57,072 nucleotides of DNA, from positions 1 through 57,072 of the forward strand of contig CAITJH010000024.1 in assembly GCA_903892635.1 (NCBI GenBank), written 5' to 3'. Every line of letters starts with the position of its first letter. Position 1 is the first letter of the stretch. The notes beneath the pieces are model-generated. The model did not search any database. It saw only the letters and a program-made list of their open reading frames with translations, and was not told the origin of the DNA. The position numbers were made by a program, and so were the translations under genes. Origin of the DNA: an uncultured Actinomycetes bacterium (lineage in GTDB: Bacteria; Actinomycetota; Actinomycetes; S36-B12; UBA5976). Positions 51,981 through 57,072 of this stretch are shown here, piece after piece.

Positions 51981-52981
51981 TACTTGTCTCCTATCGTTGC
52001 GACCATGATCGCCTTAATCGTATGAAGACGATTTTCAGCTTGATCAAAGACGACACTGTTGGGGCCTTCGAAAACATCGTGAGTCACTTCGAGACCTTCG
52101 TGCATCCCTGTCTTATTTGCAATAGCGCGGCCAACAGTTGTTTGTTCATTGTGGAATCCAGGGAGGCAATGCATAAATTTGGCATCAGCGTTGCCAGCCT
52201 TGGCCAAAGCAACATCATTCACTTGATATCCCCCGAGCAATTCGACACGTTCTTTCCAAATTTCTTCTGATTCGCCCATCGACACCCACACATCAGTGTG
52301 AACAAAATCTGAACCAGGTAATGCTGAATCCATATCTTCGGTCAACGTAATGCGCCCGCCACTCTTTGCTGCGAGTTCATTGGCGATGTTTTGAATGTCT
52401 TGTGCTGGCCAAAGTTGCTTTGGCGATGCAATACGAATGTCGCTACCCAACAACGCGGATGTTACAAGTAACGAGTTACCCATATTGGAACGAGCATCTC
52501 CAACATAAGTAAAAGTGATGTCACCTGGGCGCTTACCTGAGTGCTCCATCATTGTCATGAAGTCCGCCAACATTTGCGTTGGATGCCATTCGTCGGTGAG
52601 TCCGTTGTAGACAGGTACGTCAGAGAACTGCGCCAACTCCTCCACCATGGCTTGATGCTTGCCTCGATATTCGATCGCGTCGTAATAACGACTGAGCACT
52701 CTTGCAGTGTCGGCAACTGATTCCTTATGGCCAACCTGAGATGATGCGCCATCGAGATACGTTGTGTGAGCACCTTGGTCAAAGGCAGCAACTTCGAACG
52801 CACACCGAGTACGAGTCGACGTCTTTTCAAAAATCAAGGCGATACTTCGGCCAGACATGTACTTGACTTCATTGCGCGCCTTCTTGGCAGCCTTGAGTTC
52901 AATCGCGAGATCGATCAAATACTCGAACTCTTCTTTGGTGAAGTCAGTTTCCTTGAGGAAATCACGATTCTTCAGGTTCAT
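51980..52981 (-). CDS. argF: Ornithine carbamoyltransferase
   Basis: 'FEKTSTRT', 'HPTQ', 'DVWVSMG', 'HCLP', 'AENRLH'. Confidence 0.93.
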   Translation of the reverse strand: MNLKNRDFLKETDFTKEEFEYLIDLAIELKAAKKARNEVKYMSGRSIALIFEKTSTRTRCAFEVAAFDQGAHTTYLDGASSQVGHKESVADTARVLSRYYDAIEYRGKHQAMVEELAQFSDVPVYNGLTDEWHPTQMLADFMTMMEHSGKRPGDITFTYVGDARSNMGNSLLVTSALLGSDIRIASPKQLWPAQDIQNIANELAAKSGGRITLTEDMDSALPGSDFVHTDVWVSMGESEEIWKERVELLGGYQVNDVALAKAGNADAKFMHCLPGFHNEQTTVGRAIANKTGMHEGLEVTHDVFEGPNSVVFDQAENRLHTIKAIMVATIGDK

Positions 52982-53023
52982 CAGGTGCTCCGGGGGAAGT
53001 CGATTAAGCCTCTAGCCTACGAC

Positions 53024-53051
53024 AAAGGGGCACAGTCTCCTGTGCCCCTTT
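53024..53051. terminator. Intrinsic terminator downstream of the ALDH gene
   Basis: Perfect 12-bp stem AAAGGGGCACAG-TCTC-CTGTGCCCCTTT. Confidence 0.85.
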
Positions 53052-53074
53052 ATTCGCGAGAACTTTGGTTAGAT

Positions 53075-54505
53075 CTAGCGACCCGTCAAACTCATGACGT
53101 GCTTGACGCGGGTATATCCCTCAATCGCTTCGGTCGACAAATCGTTTCCGTGACCTGAGTGCTTGAAGCCACCGTTTGGCATTTCAGCAGCCTGAACCAA
53201 GTGGCAGTTAATCCATACCTGACCAAAATCGAGGTCTTGTGACGTACGGATTGCGCGACCATGATTCTCGGTCCAGATTGATGCAGCCAAACCATAAGCA
53301 ACGTCGTTAGCCATCTCGATTGCTTGCGCTTCGTCCTTGAAGGTCTGAATCGTCTGGACAGACGCGAACACCTCGTTCTGGATCATCTCGTCATCCTGCT
53401 TCAAGCCTGCAATAAGTGTTGGCTCGAAGTAGTAACCACCATTAGTGCGATGCGCCTTTCCGCCGGTAAGAATTTCCGCGTGTCCTGGGAGACGGTCCAT
53501 GAATCCTTGAACACGATCGAGTTGATTCTGACTGTTGAGTGCGCCATAAAAATGATCATCATTTTCTGGAGCGCCAAACTTAAATTCAGCAACCTTCTGG
53601 GCAAGAGCTGCAGTGAATTCCTTTGCAATGCCTTCTTGCACAAGTACGCGAGTACCTGCAGCGCAGTCCTGGCCCGCGTTGTAGAGGTTGGCTTCTGCAA
53701 CGCCTTGAACAGTCTTCTCAAAATCGCAATCGTCATACACGACAACTGGAGCCTTGCCGCCAAGTTCCAAGTGAATTCGCTTGAGGTCCGGCGCTGAGTT
53801 CGCAGCGATTTCCATACCTGCACGTACTGAACCTGTGATTGACACAAGTGATGGAGTCTTGTGCGCGACCATTGCACGACCTGTATCGCGATCCCCGTAA
53901 ATTATGTTGGCAACGCCAGCAGGAAGATGCTCAGCAAAAATTTCGGCCATGATCGAGGCTGTGTGCGGTGTCGTGTCGGACGGCTTTAACACGATGGTGT
54001 TACCCATTGCCAATGCCGGCGCAAACTTCCATACCGCCATCAACAGTGGGTAGTTCCACGGCGCAACCTGCGCACACACACCAACTGGTTCGCGACGCAC
54101 TGTTGAGTCGTAGCCTGTGAGCCATTCACCTGTTGACCAACCTGGAAGGTTGCGCGCCATCGTGGCGTGGAAACGAGTGTGGTCAATGCACTGTGGCATT
54201 TCAGCATCGCGCATCCACCACACTGGCTTTCCAGTGTTCTGGACTTCAGCTGCAATCAATTCAGCCGAACGAGCTTCCATCGCATCAGCAATGCGGAATA
54301 GTGCGAGTGAACGTTCAGCTGGTGATGTGCGCTTCCAGCCATCAAACGCACCCGCAGCAGCCTTGAAAGCTGCATCGACATCAGCTTCGCGTGACAGTGG
54401 AGCTTGACCGTACACCTGGCCAATGGCTGGGTTTTCAATCGGCATGAAGTCACTGTTTGAGTGATCTACGAACTTGCCATTGATGAGGTTCTTTAGCGTT
54501 GTCAT
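53075..54505 (-). CDS. Aminoaldehyde (gamma-aminobutyraldehyde-type) dehydrogenase
   Basis: 'PWNYP', 'KPS', 'ITGS', 'LELGGK', catalytic 'NAGQDC', 'VRREPVGV'. Confidence 0.85.
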   Translation of the reverse strand: MTTLKNLINGKFVDHSNSDFMPIENPAIGQVYGQAPLSREADVDAAFKAAAGAFDGWKRTSPAERSLALFRIADAMEARSAELIAAEVQNTGKPVWWMRDAEMPQCIDHTRFHATMARNLPGWSTGEWLTGYDSTVRREPVGVCAQVAPWNYPLLMAVWKFAPALAMGNTIVLKPSDTTPHTASIMAEIFAEHLPAGVANIIYGDRDTGRAMVAHKTPSLVSITGSVRAGMEIAANSAPDLKRIHLELGGKAPVVVYDDCDFEKTVQGVAEANLYNAGQDCAAGTRVLVQEGIAKEFTAALAQKVAEFKFGAPENDDHFYGALNSQNQLDRVQGFMDRLPGHAEILTGGKAHRTNGGYYFEPTLIAGLKQDDEMIQNEVFASVQTIQTFKDEAQAIEMANDVAYGLAASIWTENHGRAIRTSQDLDFGQVWINCHLVQAAEMPNGGFKHSGHGNDLSTEAIEGYTRVKHVMSLTGR

Positions 54506-54514
54506 GTTCTTCCT

Positions 54515-55423
54515 CTACTTTGAGCGACTGGCTACGCCAGCTGCAGCTTCTAAAACGCACAATGCCCCGAGGCGAATTGTTCGTTCATCTTCCACATCAA
54601 TTGATGCGTCAATCTCAGTAATGTCCATGCTAGTTACTCGAGGGTTTGATGTGGCCAAAAACGTTAAATGTCGTACCTCGTCGGCGCTGAGTCCACCAGG
54701 CGTAGCAGCTGGGCACGCTGGTGCCACCGAGCGATCGCAGACATCGACATCCAGGTCATAGTGGATCTGGCCACCGCCCGCACCGGCAATCTCAAAGGCT
54801 TGGTCCATGACACTTTCAAGCGTGCGTCGGCGAAGTTCGTCACGTGTAATTACGGTGATGCCAAAATCTTTCGCGCGTTGGGCATAGATTGGCGAGTTCG
54901 CAAAATCGCTAATGGCAATCTGAACGATGCGCCTTCCATCTAGTCCAGCATCTTCAACCAACTGACGAACTGGTGAGCCGTTGCTGACACCGTTGCGAAG
55001 ATCGTGATGCGCGTCAACGGTAATCAAACCGGCCGTCGAAATATCGTCACCCCACAGTCCACGAGCGACCGTATACGTGATCGCGTTGTCGCCACCAAGG
55101 GCGACGAGCAAGTCTTGCGTGCCACGCAGCTCACGCATCTTGGCGAATACTCGCTCGTTACCTTCTTCGAAGTCTGGATCTTCAACATCGCCCGCATCAC
55201 GAATCGACAAAGTGCTGATGTCGAAATCATGCGCCCATGACCACGTGCCATACCAATACATCGCATCACGAACAGCTGCTGGTGTGAGATGCGCGTTCGT
55301 CGGTGTCACCGAAGTCAAGTGCGCTGGCACGCCAACCAAAGTCAGGTTTGTGTAATCAGCCGGTGGACAATCTGCAACCCACTGCCCTGCTCGTAACCAA
55401 CTGGGATCGTGATATCTCGCCAT
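54515..55423 (-). CDS. hutG: Ureohydrolase, formimidoylglutamase (HutG)-like
   Basis: 'GGDN', 'DAHHD', 'SNGSP', 'DLDVD', 'APACPA..PGG', resembling Bacillus-type HutG (Asn for His, conserved Cys) more than agmatinase. Confidence 0.7.
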   Translation of the reverse strand: MARYHDPSWLRAGQWVADCPPADYTNLTLVGVPAHLTSVTPTNAHLTPAAVRDAMYWYGTWSWAHDFDISTLSIRDAGDVEDPDFEEGNERVFAKMRELRGTQDLLVALGGDNAITYTVARGLWGDDISTAGLITVDAHHDLRNGVSNGSPVRQLVEDAGLDGRRIVQIAISDFANSPIYAQRAKDFGITVITRDELRRRTLESVMDQAFEIAGAGGGQIHYDLDVDVCDRSVAPACPAATPGGLSADEVRHLTFLATSNPRVTSMDITEIDASIDVEDERTIRLGALCVLEAAAGVASRSK

Positions 55424-55457
55424 AGTCCACTCCTTGAGGAAAGCCGTTAGTGCAAAA

Positions 55458-55471
55458 TCTATCGGTTTAGA
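55458..55471. promoter_or_regulatory. Short TCTA-N6-TAGA dyad overlapping the putative hutG -10 (possible IclR site)
   Basis: TCTATCGGTTTAGA overlapping minus-strand TAGATT. Confidence 0.25.
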
Positions 55472-55567
55472 GAATCAATGTTTGCCCATTGTTTACCACA
55501 TTCATCAATGCGGCAGTTATTGAATTGCTAGATTTAATGTGTTTGAAGTTTCCTATCAAAGGTCGCC

Positions 55568-56227
55568 ATGAAATCCCTCGTCAAAAGTACAGCCGCTGAA
55601 TTTTTTGGAACGGCAATTTTGGTGATGGTCGTTGTCGGATCGGGCATCATGGGCACCAACCTTTCCCCTGACACTGGTGTTGCGCTATTGATCAATATGT
55701 TCTCAACAGTTCTTGCACTAGGCCTTTTGATATTTATTCTCGGACCACTCAGTGGTGCTCATTTCAATCCGATCGTCACCTTCGTTTTTTTACTCCGAAG
55801 GACCATTGAGCCTAAGACTGCACTTTCTTATGTCGCAGCACAGATTGCGGGAGCGATAGCAGGTGCAGTTGTTGCCAATGCAATGTTTGATTTGAACGCC
55901 ATCCAAAAATCGACCCATGTTCGCTCTTCCTTAGGTCTGTGGCTTGGCGAAGTGGTTGCATCCGCAGGGCTAATCATTGTGATTTTCACTTTGATTGATC
56001 GCCAGATCAGCCACCTAATTCCGATCGCAGTACCGGTGTGGATTGGAAGTGCATATTTATTCACGTCGTCGACATCTTTTGCCAACCCTGCTGTCACGAT
56101 TGGCCGAATTTTTAGCGATACGTTTGCCGGTATCGCAAGTGCAAGCGTGCTTGGATTCATCATCGCGCAATTAATCGGCGCATTGTTGGGTGCTGCCATC
56201 ACAACAACTTTGGGTACTAAAAGTTAA
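55568..56227 (+). CDS. MIP/aquaporin, arsenic-associated (AqpS-like)
   Basis: 'AEFFGTA.L...VVGSGIM', 'SGAHFNPIV', 'AY.FTSSTSFANPAVT'; directly upstream of arsC. Confidence 0.88.
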   Translation: MKSLVKSTAAEFFGTAILVMVVVGSGIMGTNLSPDTGVALLINMFSTVLALGLLIFILGPLSGAHFNPIVTFVFLLRRTIEPKTALSYVAAQIAGAIAGAVVANAMFDLNAIQKSTHVRSSLGLWLGEVVASAGLIIVIFTLIDRQISHLIPIAVPVWIGSAYLFTSSTSFANPAVTIGRIFSDTFAGIASASVLGFIIAQLIGALLGAAITTTLGTKS

Positions 56228-56236
56228 GGATCATCA

Positions 56237-56647
56237 ATGTCCAACAAAAAAGCATCGGTACTTTTCGTTTGCGTCCACAATGCTGGCCGCTCTCAAATGG
56301 CCGCTGGATACCTTCAACATCTAGCTGGTGATCGAATCGAAGTTCGTTCCGCTGGAACTGAGCCTGGTCATCAAGTCAATCCTTCTGCGATAGCCGTTAT
56401 GGCCGAAGAAGGTATCGATTTAACAACTGCAAGTCCAAAAGTTTTGACGGATGAAGCCGTTCAAGCCTCTGACTACGTCATCACGATGGGCTGCGGCGAC
56501 AAATGCCCGTTCTACCCGGGAAAAAAATATCTCGATTGGCAACTAGACGATCCAGCAGGTCAAGGTGTCGATTCAGTGCGTCCTATTCGCGATGAGATTC
56601 GCGGTCTTATCGAAAACCTCATCGCCGAGATCGACGAAAAGTTCTAA
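56237..56647 (+). CDS. arsC: Arsenate reductase (LMW-PTPase fold)
   Basis: 'FVCVHNAGRSQMA', 'TMGCGD.CP', 'DW.LDDP'. Confidence 0.92.
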   Translation: MSNKKASVLFVCVHNAGRSQMAAGYLQHLAGDRIEVRSAGTEPGHQVNPSAIAVMAEEGIDLTTASPKVLTDEAVQASDYVITMGCGDKCPFYPGKKYLDWQLDDPAGQGVDSVRPIRDEIRGLIENLIAEIDEKF

Positions 56648-56654
56648 CGTTCCT

Positions 56655-57072
56655 CTAACGCAAGCGGATGGTGAGGTCTTTGATCGCTTTTCCAATTCGA
56701 TCCACCATGTGATTTTCAATCTCGCTAGTAAACGTTTCCTTACTTGTCGTACAGGCAACGGAAGCCGTGGGATGACCAACTCGATCAAGAACTGGCATAG
56801 CAATCGACACGTAACCTGGCGCAACGAATTCGTCCTCAAACGAGAAACCTCGGCTACGTTCACTCTTTAAGATGTTTCGCAAATCGCTCAAAGTTTGTGG
56901 ACCTTTACCAGTGCGATCTACAAGGGAATCCGCATTCGGGAATGTTGCTCGGAATTGTGCATCGGATAAGTGACTCACGATCGCACGACCGCTAGCGGTG
57001 AGGTGTGCGGGCAGTCGGACACCAACATCCGTGACGAGCGTCATGGGTGACTTGGGTGTCTCCTTCAATAGA
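56655..57072 (-). CDS. IclR family regulator, C-terminal part (5' end outside the window); HutR-like
   Basis: 'LVTDVGVRLPAHLTASGRA', 'R.RGF.FED.....G..SIA.PV' IclR effector domain. Confidence 0.8.
   Translation of the reverse strand, partial: LLKETPKSPMTLVTDVGVRLPAHLTASGRAIVSHLSDAQFRATFPNADSLVDRTGKGPQTLSDLRNILKSERSRGFSFEDEFVAPGYVSIAMPVLDRVGHPTASVACTTSKETFTSEIENHMVDRIGKAIKDLTIRLR

Noticed and set aside
51980..52981. Putrescine carbamoyltransferase
   Set aside because: It has the ornithine-type DxxxSMG loop, not the PTC-type loop.
54515..55423. Canonical agmatinase (speB)
   Set aside because: GGDN and SNGSP replace GGDH and HGT, and the HutG-type 'P.CPA' Cys is present. Not fully excluded without an assay.
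1..57072. CRISPR arrays, IS elements, rRNA, recoding or frameshift events, and the many 60-200-aa overlapping ORFs
   Set aside because: No repeat-spacer arrays, transposases or split genes were seen. The short ORFs are antisense or off-frame shadows of well-supported genes with no recognisable motifs.

Overview
A 57-kb, gene-dense chromosomal segment from an actinobacterium. Gene order and protein families are actinobacterial, and GC looks only about 50% by eye (not computed), which suggests a streamlined freshwater-type lineage (inference). The part from about 19.3 to 50 kb is the conserved housekeeping backbone: tRNA-Asn, dnaG, dgt, dusB, glyQS, uppS, recO, era, ybeY, phoH, rsmE, dnaJ, hrcA with CIRCE, hemW, lepA, rpsT, holA, comEC/comEA, degV and leuS, with a few inserted transporters. 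The left 19 kb, downstream of the tRNA 3' end, is accessory-like. It holds TetR/MFS, DUF6325/SHOCT, ClC and K+ channels, a phosphatidylcholine synthase-like gene, a stand-alone LuxR HTH in front of cydABDC, an amidohydrolase, deoD, and a divergent pair of secreted enzymes (GH25 muramidase and an 808-aa Ig-like + double-HxK PLD-superfamily protein). The right end carries an OYE, OTC, a divergent aminoaldehyde dehydrogenase linked to a HutG-like ureohydrolase, an aquaporin-arsC pair and a partial IclR. No CRISPR array, IS element, integrase or prophage was seen. The best leads for an undescribed system are (1) the GH25 + PLD-like secreted pair beside tRNA-Asn, (2) the Cys-tailed LuxR-solo with a perfect palindrome upstream of cydA, and (3) the hutG-ALDH operon. 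Many genes appear to be leaderless. All family calls come from motif recognition; no database searches were run.
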